A stretch of DNA of 32,000 bases from Candidatus Thalassarchaeaceae archaeon (GCA_045568075.1 JBJLBP010000001.1:750001-782000); one strand, 5' to 3'. Shown: positions 1 to 8,389, counted from the first letter of the stretch. Notes: generated by a model from the letters alone, not told the origin. A program made the numbers and translations.

Positions 1-92
1 TGGCTGTGAACGATGAAATCGGGCCCGATATGGATGCACCCTTGGCTGATGCATCAGAAGTGGCATTTCTACCACCGGTTTCTGGTGGTTGA
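1..92 (+). CDS. C-terminal fragment of a MoaD/ThiS-family (SAMP-like) ubiquitin-fold sulfur-carrier protein; 5' end lies outside the window
   Basis: Reading from base 3 gives AVNDEIGPDMDAPLADASEVAFLPPVSGG-stop (TGA 90-92). A C-terminus ending in Gly-Gly directly before the stop is the hallmark of MoaD/ThiS/SAMP beta-grasp proteins. Only 29 codons are visible. Confidence 0.5.
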   Translation, partial: AVNDEIGPDMDAPLADASEVAFLPPVSGG

Positions 93-166
93 GGCATATT
101 CGCTGCCTAGGTGGCTGCTGTGCCGAAGCCTTTGAGTGAGGATGGCCACACCTCGATGCGAGCGAC

Positions 167-391
167 ATGGCATTTGGCACGACTGAACTAGTCATCATCG
201 GCATCCTGGCAATCTTCCTCTTTGGAGCAAAGAGGATTCCCGAACTCGCCCGAAATATGGGTCAAGCAAAGGGAGAATTTCAGGCTGGAATGTCCGAGGT
301 AACATCTCCTTCCTCGGCTGAGGCGGACATGGATCGCGGCGGTGTTACCGAAGAGGTCGCTGCTGAGCCTGACACCGATGAGAGTGAATAA
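167..391 (+). CDS. tatA: Sec-independent (twin-arginine) translocase subunit TatA/E
   Basis: 74 aa. MAFGTTELVIIGILAIFLFGAKRIPELARNMGQAKGEF matches the TatA pattern: N-terminal TM helix, FG hinge, amphipathic helix (LFGaKkiPEl.r.lG). Acidic C-terminal tail. Confidence 0.85.
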   Translation: MAFGTTELVIIGILAIFLFGAKRIPELARNMGQAKGEFQAGMSEVTSPSSAEADMDRGGVTEEVAAEPDTDESE

Positions 392-409
392 TCAAACTCT
401 GAGAGTATC

Positions 410-907
410 TCATCGCTTCTTCTTCAATCGTAGTGCTGCGCCGCAATCGGGGCACTCTCCGTAATGTCTGCGGCGCTGATTTGGTGAATTTGGAGTAGGC
501 TGCTCAGTACCACAACCAAGGCACCTGAGCTCCCAAGTCCAAACATCTGTAATTCCAGTCTCACCGACCGCCTGCCATTCAATTCCAATGGCGGCAGCAA
601 TATTTTGCATTCGATAATCATCTGTAACGAGAATTGCCGACTTTTCGAAGGCTAGTGCCACCAAGGCTAGGTCGATGCCCGACAGTCCGCTCATATCCCC
701 ACTCTCGCGAGCTGCCTTAGCAGCCGATTCCAGCGAATCTCCGCTCGGCTCAGTGAATACCAATCCAAGACCATCAATAATCGCGGCCCTATCAGGCGAA
801 ATTCGCTGTAATTCTTCCTCTTGCGCGGCGACTACCAAACCTCCGGAGAGTTCGGGCAATGGCCAACCGATGAGGGCGGAGGTGTCGAGGACGCGTGCTC
901 CGGTCAC
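410..907 (-). CDS. nob1: Nob1-like endonuclease (PIN domain + C-terminal zinc ribbon), 16S rRNA 3'-end maturation
   Basis: PIN signature VLDTSALI ... LSGIDLALVALAFEKSAILVTDDYRMQNIAAAIGI, followed by a CxxC-x17-CxxC ribbon (CLGCG...CPDCG) and a KKKR tail. I prefer the GVG start at 907 (M-TGARVLDTSAL, ~165 aa, typical size; weak TGATAG element ~27 nt upstream). The ORF remains open to ATG 982 and 1033. Confidence 0.65.
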   Translation of the reverse strand: MTGARVLDTSALIGWPLPELSGGLVVAAQEEELQRISPDRAAIIDGLGLVFTEPSGDSLESAAKAARESGDMSGLSGIDLALVALAFEKSAILVTDDYRMQNIAAAIGIEWQAVGETGITDVWTWELRCLGCGTEQPTPNSPNQRRRHYGECPDCGAALRLKKKR

Positions 908-1007
908 AAAGCCGGGTGAGCGCGCTGGCCTATCAGGGGTGGGGTAGCGGCTCGGAGCTTGGCAGCGGGCGGCAACCTTCATCCCGAAATGGACGGAGGA
1001 AGCAACT

Positions 1008-1607
1008 GTGCAGGACATCGTACCGCAGGACATTGTTGATTCGGCTGTCGAGTGGGCCGATGGCCTAGGCTACCTCGGATTGGCTATACTTTCCGCCACC
1101 GAGGCAGCCCTGCAACCTGTTCCGCCGGACCCACTCGTCTGGAGCATGATTCTTGATGCCGACAGCGGCGTAGTCGTCGCGACGATTGTCCTCGTAGCTA
1201 CAATGTCCAGTGTAATCGGAGCACTGATCGGTTATGCCATCGGGATGTATGCTGGAGGATGGGTGCTAGAGAGATTAGTATCCGATTCCACCATCGCTCG
1301 CCTCAACATTCTGGTTGAGCGATACGGCGTCGCGGGTATTTTCATCGCCGCTGTCTCTCCGATTCCATACAAGGCTCTAGCATGGATTGCTGGTGCCGGA
1401 AGAATGGATTTGAAACTCTTCGTAGCTGCAGGGATTTTTGGGCGCGGTTTGCGCTTCGGAATTCCTGGTGCTCTGCTCGGAATTTATGGCGATACAATGC
1501 TCGATTCACTAAATTGGATGACTTTCAGCCTCGCCGCAATCGTTGGTCTAGCGATTGTAGTCCCAGCGGCTCGTTGGTGGAATAGCCTCCTCGATGAAGA
1601 GGAATGA
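1008..1607 (+). CDS. YqaA/DedA-like (SNARE-associated/VTT-type) integral membrane protein
   Basis: 199 aa, multi-TM. LSATEAALQPVPPDPLV ... RYGVAGIFIAAVSPIPYKALAWIAGAGRM ... GRGLRF follows the YqaA/DedA-family pattern. GTG start preceded by GGAGGA 9 nt upstream. Confidence 0.6.
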   Translation: MQDIVPQDIVDSAVEWADGLGYLGLAILSATEAALQPVPPDPLVWSMILDADSGVVVATIVLVATMSSVIGALIGYAIGMYAGGWVLERLVSDSTIARLNILVERYGVAGIFIAAVSPIPYKALAWIAGAGRMDLKLFVAAGIFGRGLRFGIPGALLGIYGDTMLDSLNWMTFSLAAIVGLAIVVPAARWWNSLLDEEE

Positions 1608-1620
1608 GTTATTTTCAATC

Positions 1621-1641
1621 TTGACAAACACGACACCCCAC
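1621..1641 (+). promoter_or_regulatory. Conserved 21-nt promoter-proximal box, copy 1 (TTGACAAACACGACACCCCAC), 5 nt upstream of a TTATA element
   Basis: 20/21 identical to the box at 2823-2843. The TTATA at 1647-1651 lies 30 nt upstream of ATG 1677, which is archaeal TATA-to-start spacing for a leaderless or near-leaderless mRNA. Confidence 0.55.
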
Positions 1642-1676
1642 GCGTCTTATACCGCGTACGAGGCTCTGATTTCATC

Positions 1677-2732
1677 ATGGGAGGAGACTCGGGGCACTTC
1701 GATGTGACAGTTCGGGCATCTCTCGTCGTCGGACTTTGCTTCGCCCTAATCGCATCTTTTTCGATGCCAGCGATGGCTGACTCTCACACTCAGAATGCTG
1801 AGGCCATTTGGGTCAAGAACTCACAAGGTTTGTGGTGTTTGGAGGACTTGTCTTCCCAAGAAATAGTCTTCGTTGAGCCGGTTGCAGGAGTCAGTCTGCA
1901 CCCGATTGCCGGGGCCAAGGTTCTGGTTACCTTCACGACTGATCAAGAAGGGGTTTGGACCGTATATTCTGAGACTCTTCTATCCATGACGGGTTCTTCT
2001 CCAGATTCTATTGACGGAGGAGAAGGTAGCGAGACTGGTGATTCGGGAAGTGAAAATGGAGATGTCGGAGTATCGATTTCGATGCCGACGAATTTTGTCG
2101 CCCCACTCATTGCAATTATCGGGGCGTTGGTGCTGACTCTTGGCTTGGCTACGACTGCAGACGAGCCTACTCGCGCTCGAGTCACCGCCTCGCTTGGGCG
2201 CTTTTCTGACCTCTCTGTGACAGAGGGTCCTGGGACCCTAGCAGGAAATTACCAGAGAGGCCGAATCACCGGTTTCTTGACGGCCCATCCTGGATGCCAC
2301 CTTTCTGGTCTAATTCGAGCTCTTGAATTAGGCAATCATCAGGCTGTGCATCACTTGCGAATTCTTGAGCAGGACGGCAAGGTTTGGTGCCGCAGAGATG
2401 GCCGACTGCTCCGCTATTACACCGAAAAAGTGAATCGGCATGCCGAGCTATCTCGACTACCACGGCCTGCCGACGTCAATCAACTCTCAGACGTGGCTTT
2501 GATGATACTCCGTTCTATCGCCGAGCAGGCCCCAGAATCTCGCTCCCCAACCCAGCGCGAACTCGCCACTGAACTCAAGACGAGCCAGCAACTCATCAGT
2601 CACCATCTGAGGCGGCTGGAGAATCAAGGTTTAATCAGCCGTGAGAGGCGAGGTCTACGAACGCGTCGAGTGCTGACAAACGAAGGTGAGAGAGTCTGGG
2701 AACGATTGCAGATTCCACCGGCCACATCCTGA
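1677..2732 (+). CDS. Membrane-tethered transcriptional regulator: signal peptide, small extracellular domain, one TM helix, two cytoplasmic winged helix-turn-helix (ArsR/MarR-like) domains
   Basis: 351 aa. N-terminal hydrophobic signal (LVVGLCFALIASFSMPAMA|DS), a ~90-aa beta-rich domain, an acidic G/S/E linker, then a TM helix (FVAPLIAIIGALVLTLGLA). wHTH 1 is RITGFLTAHPGCHLSGLIRALELGNHQAVHHLRILEQDGKV. wHTH 2 is TQRELATELKTSQQLISHHLRRLENQGLISRER. Confidence 0.7.
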   Translation: MGGDSGHFDVTVRASLVVGLCFALIASFSMPAMADSHTQNAEAIWVKNSQGLWCLEDLSSQEIVFVEPVAGVSLHPIAGAKVLVTFTTDQEGVWTVYSETLLSMTGSSPDSIDGGEGSETGDSGSENGDVGVSISMPTNFVAPLIAIIGALVLTLGLATTADEPTRARVTASLGRFSDLSVTEGPGTLAGNYQRGRITGFLTAHPGCHLSGLIRALELGNHQAVHHLRILEQDGKVWCRRDGRLLRYYTEKVNRHAELSRLPRPADVNQLSDVALMILRSIAEQAPESRSPTQRELATELKTSQQLISHHLRRLENQGLISRERRGLRTRRVLTNEGERVWERLQIPPATS

Positions 2733-2822
2733 GTTCTCAGCGCTAAATTTCACCTCCTAACCGAGGCTTATCTGACCTTCAACAATCGACTCTAAAGTGG
2801 TCAATCCAGATTTTCTCTGACT

Positions 2823-2843
2823 TTGACAAACGCGACACCCCAC
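2823..2843 (+). promoter_or_regulatory. Conserved 21-nt promoter-proximal box, copy 2 (TTGACAAACGCGACACCCCAC), 7 nt upstream of a TAATA element
   Basis: 20/21 identical to 1621-1641. The TAATA at 2851-2855 lies 27 nt upstream of ATG 2878, which supports 2878 as a leaderless start. Confidence 0.55.
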
Positions 2844-2877
2844 ATCTCTCTAATAGCGTGCGTGAGACGCCTTGGTG

Positions 2878-5856
2878 ATGATCAACAGTATGAATGCCCC
2901 AAACCGTCGTCGGATGCAGGTTGGAATTTTCCTCTCCGTGCTGATGCTATCCTCAGGATGCATCGGCGCCACCAAGGAAGTAGTAGAGCCAGTGGAGGAA
3001 CCGAATCCCGTTACTGCCACAATCGACCTTGAAGGCAATCCAATGACGAAAACAGACTATGTTATTGCCGTGATGACGGTGAATGAAGGCGAGGCGCCAT
3101 ACATCGTCTCTTGGACCTTGAATGGAGAATTGGTTCAATCCAGTTCCAGCCTTCGCTACGAAGCCGGCTTCATGACCGTTGGAACGCATCAACTCGATGC
3201 GAGAATTATCGATTCCAACGCAGGGGAGGGCGAAGCTGCAATCATATTCACTATTGCAGATGCTAATAGAGCACCTCTGGTTGATCTAGAACTTCCTTCC
3301 GAGGGAGTTGCCGGTGTCCCAATTGCTTGGTCTGTGGACGCTACCGATCCTGATGGAGACAATCTGGTTGTGGAAGTGGATTTCTCAAATGGAGTCATTC
3401 TTCGTGATACCTCTGGTCAACATATTTGGAGCAATCCTGGCATCTACTCTGTTCAAGTCTCAGTTACAGATCCCTCGGGTTTCATAGCCACCACTCAAGA
3501 ATCGATAAGAATCGACGACGCTGAAGCCCCCCTGCTCACAGTTTCAACCAATCCATCTCCACAGGGACGTATTCACCTCAATCTAGCAGGAGAGATTAGT
3601 ATCGCCACTGTGGTAGAAGATCCACTAGGGCCGGTCTCGGTTTCGATTGAATGGGGCGATGGGTCAACATCCGAACCGGCTCATTCCGAGGAATCTCACC
3701 AGTACTCCGAAGAAGGCATCTACGTGGTCCGAGTAACGGCCATCGGGTCCACTGGGATAACTGCTGAGCGTATGTTCCACGTCGAAGTGGTCGCGGTTGT
3801 CGACGATCTAGAGGCCGCGCAACTCCAGGATGAACTGGAGGGCGAGGGCGAGGAGCAATTGGAGAACGAAGTCGAGCAGGGACTCGATTCTGACGGCGAC
3901 GGCAATGTCGACGAGGTCACGGAGGCTCAGGGAGACTCTGAGTATGACTGGCAGTCCGATTTTGACCCTGATGGAGATGGATACTATGATGACGATCAAG
4001 AGGTCGATGACTGGGTCACCACTGATGAAGAATCAGTGCAGGACGAAGTCGGCGAAGAAGAGGAGACCGACGCAATCCCAAGTAGTCCTCTGATGATTGA
4101 GAGCAGTGTTGTAAAAGAGGACGAGACTCCATCTGGAGCTGAACTTTCCCTAATTCCCACCTACAATGAAGCCGATATTGAGATTGTCGACCCGGTTTTC
4201 AATCAGGCATGGGGTGATCTGGATGATCCCTCTATGCAGGAGCAAACCTACTCACGCTCGATTTCACAAGTCACCGCCACATGGTGGAATGATAGTTTCT
4301 GGGAGGACTGGGACAACGATGGAGTGGCCGAGACTCTGTGTCATAGGACAGTAGGTGTGTTCTGGTTCGACTCTGACGGTATTCCCGGGCCGGAACGTAT
4401 CATCCTAGTACGCAATACACACTGTTCACAGGACCGTGACGGCGATGGCAATGACGACCTATTCTTCACCCGCTTCAGGGGCCTTGACCTAGTCGATCAG
4501 AATTCTGACGGCATCCCTGAGCGCCACGACGTGCTTACTAGGACCGTTTGGACTTGGGACAACGGCACCTATGAAGACGTCAACATACACCTCTTTGTCC
4601 ACGCTCGAACTGATGCTGATCAAGATGGTAACCTCGAGCGCAGAGTAGTTCTGAACCGAAACCAGAGGATGGTCGATCAGGGAATTGGCTCGGTTTTGAC
4701 AGCGTACTTCTCGCACTCACGATTGATTCTTAGAATCGACAGTAACGATGACGGCACCCCGGAGCGCTGGATGGCAATAGACCATACCTCATGGGTTTGG
4801 GACCCCACCGAGGATGGCAACGCTGATCGCCACCGAGATAATCTCCGCGCTGTAGTCACGAGAGATACGAACTCTGACGGCACCATCGATGTAGTCCGGG
4901 CGCTTCAACAGAATACTGTTCAGTTCGACAATGACTCAAACGGCGTCATCGAACTACAGTGGACGTGGCGAGCTGGAGTCCTAAAGGTCGACACCGACCA
5001 TGATGGCGATCTAGACTACACTGCCCGAATGAGGGGATGGCACCAGCATTGGGACTGGGGGATGATCGAGTATCATGTCCATCGATTCTCATTGACCCGA
5101 ATGATTGACGACGATGTCGATGGGGTGCTGGAGTGGAAACAGCGCACTATCCATATGTCAAATGCCACAGATTGGGACTTCGACCCACATCTAGAGCAGC
5201 GTGAGTCATACACTGCCACCTTGACTTGGTGGGACTCTAATGAGGACGGCTATGAGGAACACATCTTCAGAAGGGTCAGGGAGACCTTCTATCTCGATCA
5301 GCACGCTCATGGTTGGACTAGTCAGACAGAAGATACTCGCTCAATTGAAATCTGGCGAAACTCATTGCATCAGCCCCATGTCTTACGCATCAAGGTCATA
5401 GGTCTGACTTCCTGGGACAACAACTCTGACGGTAGTTCTGATACCTTCAACTTCCTTAGTCGGACATGGCAGGGTTCTGACACCAACAACGATGGCTTCC
5501 TCGATCGTAGGGTGTTCCACCGTCACCACATGATGCAGAGGGATGACAATGCTGACGGCAACGTAGCTTTCTCGGTTAATTCCAACATTTGGCACGCAAG
5601 AAATCTCTCACTCTCGGCCAGTGGCACCATCGAAGTTCTGCAGGAGGCTTATCTCTCGCATAACGTGATTATGTGGAACATCAATTCTCAAGGTCACGCC
5701 TATCATACAAACATCACCTGGATCGCTTTCCAGATTGACTATGTTGCAGGAACAACACAAGGCATAACTGTCACAGCTATCATTGTTGATTCCAATCAGG
5801 ATGGCACGCCAGAATCCACTAACTACACTACCGCACAGAACTCTACACCCCCATGA
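2878..5856 (+). CDS. Large secreted lipoprotein: 3 PKD-like Ig domains, poly-acidic linker, ~16 DxNxDG calcium-loop repeats
   Basis: The ORF is open from 2872; I prefer ATG 2878. Signal MINSMNAPNRRRMQVGIFLSVLMLSSGC has an RRR n-region (possibly Tat) and a lipobox-like LSSGC. PKD-like motifs: VDFSNG...IYSVQVSVTD and IEWGDGS...HQYSEEGIYVVRVTA. Acidic linker at about nt 3800-4100. Repeats include WDNDGVAE, DSDGIPGPE, DRDGDGNDD, DQNSDGIPE, DADQDGNLE, DSNDDGTPE, DPTEDGNAD, DTNSDGTID and others. Confidence 0.8.
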   Translation: MINSMNAPNRRRMQVGIFLSVLMLSSGCIGATKEVVEPVEEPNPVTATIDLEGNPMTKTDYVIAVMTVNEGEAPYIVSWTLNGELVQSSSSLRYEAGFMTVGTHQLDARIIDSNAGEGEAAIIFTIADANRAPLVDLELPSEGVAGVPIAWSVDATDPDGDNLVVEVDFSNGVILRDTSGQHIWSNPGIYSVQVSVTDPSGFIATTQESIRIDDAEAPLLTVSTNPSPQGRIHLNLAGEISIATVVEDPLGPVSVSIEWGDGSTSEPAHSEESHQYSEEGIYVVRVTAIGSTGITAERMFHVEVVAVVDDLEAAQLQDELEGEGEEQLENEVEQGLDSDGDGNVDEVTEAQGDSEYDWQSDFDPDGDGYYDDDQEVDDWVTTDEESVQDEVGEEEETDAIPSSPLMIESSVVKEDETPSGAELSLIPTYNEADIEIVDPVFNQAWGDLDDPSMQEQTYSRSISQVTATWWNDSFWEDWDNDGVAETLCHRTVGVFWFDSDGIPGPERIILVRNTHCSQDRDGDGNDDLFFTRFRGLDLVDQNSDGIPERHDVLTRTVWTWDNGTYEDVNIHLFVHARTDADQDGNLERRVVLNRNQRMVDQGIGSVLTAYFSHSRLILRIDSNDDGTPERWMAIDHTSWVWDPTEDGNADRHRDNLRAVVTRDTNSDGTIDVVRALQQNTVQFDNDSNGVIELQWTWRAGVLKVDTDHDGDLDYTARMRGWHQHWDWGMIEYHVHRFSLTRMIDDDVDGVLEWKQRTIHMSNATDWDFDPHLEQRESYTATLTWWDSNEDGYEEHIFRRVRETFYLDQHAHGWTSQTEDTRSIEIWRNSLHQPHVLRIKVIGLTSWDNNSDGSSDTFNFLSRTWQGSDTNNDGFLDRRVFHRHHMMQRDDNADGNVAFSVNSNIWHARNLSLSASGTIEVLQEAYLSHNVIMWNINSQGHAYHTNITWIAFQIDYVAGTTQGITVTAIIVDSNQDGTPESTNYTTAQNSTPP

Positions 5857-5923
5857 CGCAGGCTCGATTTGGTCGCTGGTGGCCCGATTCGATTATGTGG
5901 GGGTCGCGGCTCGGGGGGCCGTC

Positions 5924-6001
5924 GCTCCTGTGGTGTAGTACGGTCCATCATACCGGGTTTTCATCCCGGCGACCCGGGTTCAAATCCCGGCAGGAGCACC
6001 A
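5924..6001 (+). tRNA. tRNA-Glu (anticodon UUC), 3' CCA encoded
   Basis: Hand-folded cloverleaf. Acceptor GCTCCTG/CAGGAGC, D arm GGTGTAGTACGGTCCATCAT, anticodon stem CCGGG/CCCGG with loop TTTTCAT (TTC). T arm CCGGG-TTCAAAT-CCCGG, discriminator A, CCA at 5999-6001. Confidence 0.9.
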
Positions 6002-6012
6002 ATCCTTGAAAT

Positions 6013-6510
6013 TCAGGGCGCGAGATTATCGATCATCGCATCGATAGTTTCGGGATTTGCTTCCTTGTTGCGACCAGATGTCAAAGCACGCCCCATCACA
6101 TCGGCACCGAGGAAGGAGAATTGCAGACGCATGGCCACGATCACGTGTGCACCGCCACCACCACTGTGGGTTCCTAAACCGACTGGCTTGCCGGTGCACA
6201 TGTCGCGGAAACTCTTCCAGTCGCGCGAGAGCCATGCGAGGGCATTGTTGAGTGTCGGAGGCACTGAGCCATTGTATTCAGGAGCGATGACAACCCATGC
6301 ATCAGCGTCGATCATCTGCTGAGTCAGCTCAGAGACATCAGCAGCCTGTTCTGGGTCTCCTGAGCGCGCCATAGTGAACATAGGTAGTTCCATTGCTGCC
6401 AAATCGACAACCTCTGCCTCGTGTCCTTTGTCGCGTGCGGCACCAGCGAATCTCTCAGCCAATTCGAGGTTAGTGCCCGAGGTCGCGGTGATCATTAGGA
6501 AGTTGGCCAT
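6013..6510 (-). CDS. NAD(P)H-dependent FMN reductase / flavodoxin-like fold protein
   Basis: MANFLMITATSGTNLELAERFA...EVVDLAAMELPMF...DADAWVVIAPEYNGSVPPTLNNALAWLSR matches the FMN_red family pattern (ADa.vi.tPEYNgs.p..lKNa.DwlS). I prefer ATG 6510 over the longer ORF (6588), which would overlap the upstream gene. Confidence 0.75.
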   Translation of the reverse strand: MANFLMITATSGTNLELAERFAGAARDKGHEAEVVDLAAMELPMFTMARSGDPEQAADVSELTQQMIDADAWVVIAPEYNGSVPPTLNNALAWLSRDWKSFRDMCTGKPVGLGTHSGGGGAHVIVAMRLQFSFLGADVMGRALTSGRNKEANPETIDAMIDNLAP

Positions 6511-6584
6511 GAATCTCCGAGAGGCTATACATACTTCAACCGAATGAATGTTGAATTCTGCATATTTCGACTTTTCACAGCAGT

Positions 6585-7034
6585 TCACTCGACTTCTGTC
6601 ACAGAGGTTGGAATCTTCTGCTTAGCCGCTAAATCAATCACGATTCGAGTCCATTTGCTGGTAGGTGAGGGCAGGGCGAGAACGTGAGATGCGGAATCAA
6701 GGATTTTCTTGGTGAGTGAATTTCCAGCCTCTCCTCTCCCTGTGTCGTGAAGTGAATTTACGGGGTCACTCCATTCTTCTGAGAAAACAGCGATTCTAAC
6801 CGAGTTATTGTCCGCCCAACGCTCTGCCATGTAGTCAACACCACTTGCTCCTCCGACGACGATAAGGTCAGGATATCCGTTGGATTCAACCCAATTTTCG
6901 ATTGCCTTTTCGAAGACTTCGAAATCGTAGAACCGACTACTTCCGACTATGGCCAGATTAATCACAGATCCGTCTTGATTCAAGTCGCGATTACCGAGCG
7001 AGTCGACCACATCCTGCCCCGAGTCAGCCACCAT
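6585..7034 (-). CDS. DUF2493 / SLOG-family (LOG/DprA-like Rossmann fold) protein
   Basis: LAIVGSSRFYDFEVFEKAIENWV...PDLIVVGGASGVDYMAERWADNNSVRIAVFSEEW...GEAGNSLTKKIL follows the DUF2493 pattern (vlv.G.R.. ... vhGGa.GaD.lAe.WA...gv....f.adW...g..AG..RN..M). Confidence 0.6.
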   Translation of the reverse strand: MVADSGQDVVDSLGNRDLNQDGSVINLAIVGSSRFYDFEVFEKAIENWVESNGYPDLIVVGGASGVDYMAERWADNNSVRIAVFSEEWSDPVNSLHDTGRGEAGNSLTKKILDSASHVLALPSPTSKWTRIVIDLAAKQKIPTSVTEVE

Positions 7035-7162
7035 CGGAGTGCCTCAGACAGGTTCCCGACCATAAATGTCCGTATGATAATCAACAGATTCTTTGTAGAG
7101 AGGAGCCAATCGCCCACTCATTGATAGCGGGGAGACGAATCGCAGATTCAGGAGGCTACGAT

Positions 7163-8389
7163 ATGGGGTTGGACATCGATGCGATTCGAGCGGATTTCCC
7201 GATTCTAGAGCGAGTTCTACCTAATGGTAAGAAGTTGGTTTACTTCGATAATGCTGCAACTTCACAGAAGCCTCAGGTTGTCATAGATGCGATGACTAGA
7301 TTCTACGAGGAATACAACTCAAACGCTCACCGTGCAAATCACACCTTGGCAGACGAAGCTACCGCCGCTTTGGAGGGAGCACGTATGAGCATCTCGCGAT
7401 ACTTCGGAACGAGTCCCGAGAACATGATCTACACGAGTGGGGCTACAGAAGCAATCAATCTGGCTGCTTACGGTTGGGCTCGTTACAATCTGGAGCGCGA
7501 CGATGTCATCGTTGTAACCGAGATGGAACACCACGCCGACATCGTCCCTTGGCAGGAATTGAGTAAGGAGAAGGGTGTCGAGGTTCGATTTGTACCAATT
7601 GACACCCGTACATTCACTCTCGATATGGAAGCTTTCGAGGTGGCTCTCGAAGGTGCAAAATTGGTTTGTGTGGTTCATACGAGCAATGTTCTAGGAATTC
7701 GTAATCCTATCGAGGAGATTATCGAGAAATCTCAGGCTATCGGTGCTCGTGTGTTGCTTGATTGTGCTCAGGGAGCGCCGCATGAGCGTATTTTCTTCGA
7801 TAATATGGGTGCGGATCTTGTTGCGATATCAGCGCATAAGATGGCCGGGCCAACCGGAATCGGTTGCTTGCTCGTCCGGCCCGATACTATGGCTGAAATG
7901 GGCCCATTCATGACCGGTGGTTCGATGATTCGCCGTGTATCCATTGAAGGCACGACTTTCCAAGAAGGCCATGCGATGTTTGAGACCGGGACGCCGCGCA
8001 TCGCTGAGGCGATTGGATGGGGGGCGGCTGTCGAATGGCTGGCTCAATTCGACATGCGCGAGGTGCATGCTCACATCCACGATTTGGCATCCTGGACGGC
8101 TGACCAGATGCTGGAGATTCCCGGAATCCGTATCTATGGCGATCCGAACCATCCGGACTCCAGTGGCGCTATTTCCTTCTTGCATGACTCGATTCAATCA
8201 CAGGATCTAGCGATTTTGCTGGATGAGGGTGGCTTCGCGGTTCGTACTGGACACCACTGCGCGCAGCCACTAATGGACGCGCTCGGCGTACCTTCAACAA
8301 ATCGCGCATCCTTCTGGATCTACAATACGTTGGATGAGGCGCAGTCCTTCGTCAAGCATCTGCGATATGTCTGTGAGCGGTTCGCATAG
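7163..8389 (+). CDS. sufS: Cysteine desulfurase, SufS/CsdA type (class V aminotransferase)
   Basis: IRADFPIL...VYFDNAATSQKPQVVIDAM..FYEEYNSNAHR; PLP-lysine context SAHKMAGPTGIG; active-site loop RTGHHCAQP. ATG 7163 is preceded by GGAGG at 7151-7155; the track ORF starts at TTG 7121. Confidence 0.9.
   Translation: MGLDIDAIRADFPILERVLPNGKKLVYFDNAATSQKPQVVIDAMTRFYEEYNSNAHRANHTLADEATAALEGARMSISRYFGTSPENMIYTSGATEAINLAAYGWARYNLERDDVIVVTEMEHHADIVPWQELSKEKGVEVRFVPIDTRTFTLDMEAFEVALEGAKLVCVVHTSNVLGIRNPIEEIIEKSQAIGARVLLDCAQGAPHERIFFDNMGADLVAISAHKMAGPTGIGCLLVRPDTMAEMGPFMTGGSMIRRVSIEGTTFQEGHAMFETGTPRIAEAIGWGAAVEWLAQFDMREVHAHIHDLASWTADQMLEIPGIRIYGDPNHPDSSGAISFLHDSIQSQDLAILLDEGGFAVRTGHHCAQPLMDALGVPSTNRASFWIYNTLDEAQSFVKHLRYVCERFA

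Noticed and set aside
392-409. 5-bp hairpin TGAGA-GTA-TCTCA between the convergent tatA and nob1 genes
   Set aside because: It is too short and weak to call as a terminator, and no adjacent T-tract is present.
3720-4093. Several overlapping ORFs in other frames and strands (3720-3920 -, 3808-3999 -, 3830-4093 +)
   Set aside because: They lie inside the poly-acidic (GAx-rich) linker of the large lipoprotein gene. Low-complexity codon repeats keep several frames open, so these are artefacts.
7319-8210. Antisense and off-frame ORFs within sufS (7319-7678 -, 7768-8001 -, 7829-8197 -, 7908-8090 -, 7935-8210 +)
   Set aside because: They are fully embedded in a confidently identified SufS coding region and have no recognisable motifs.
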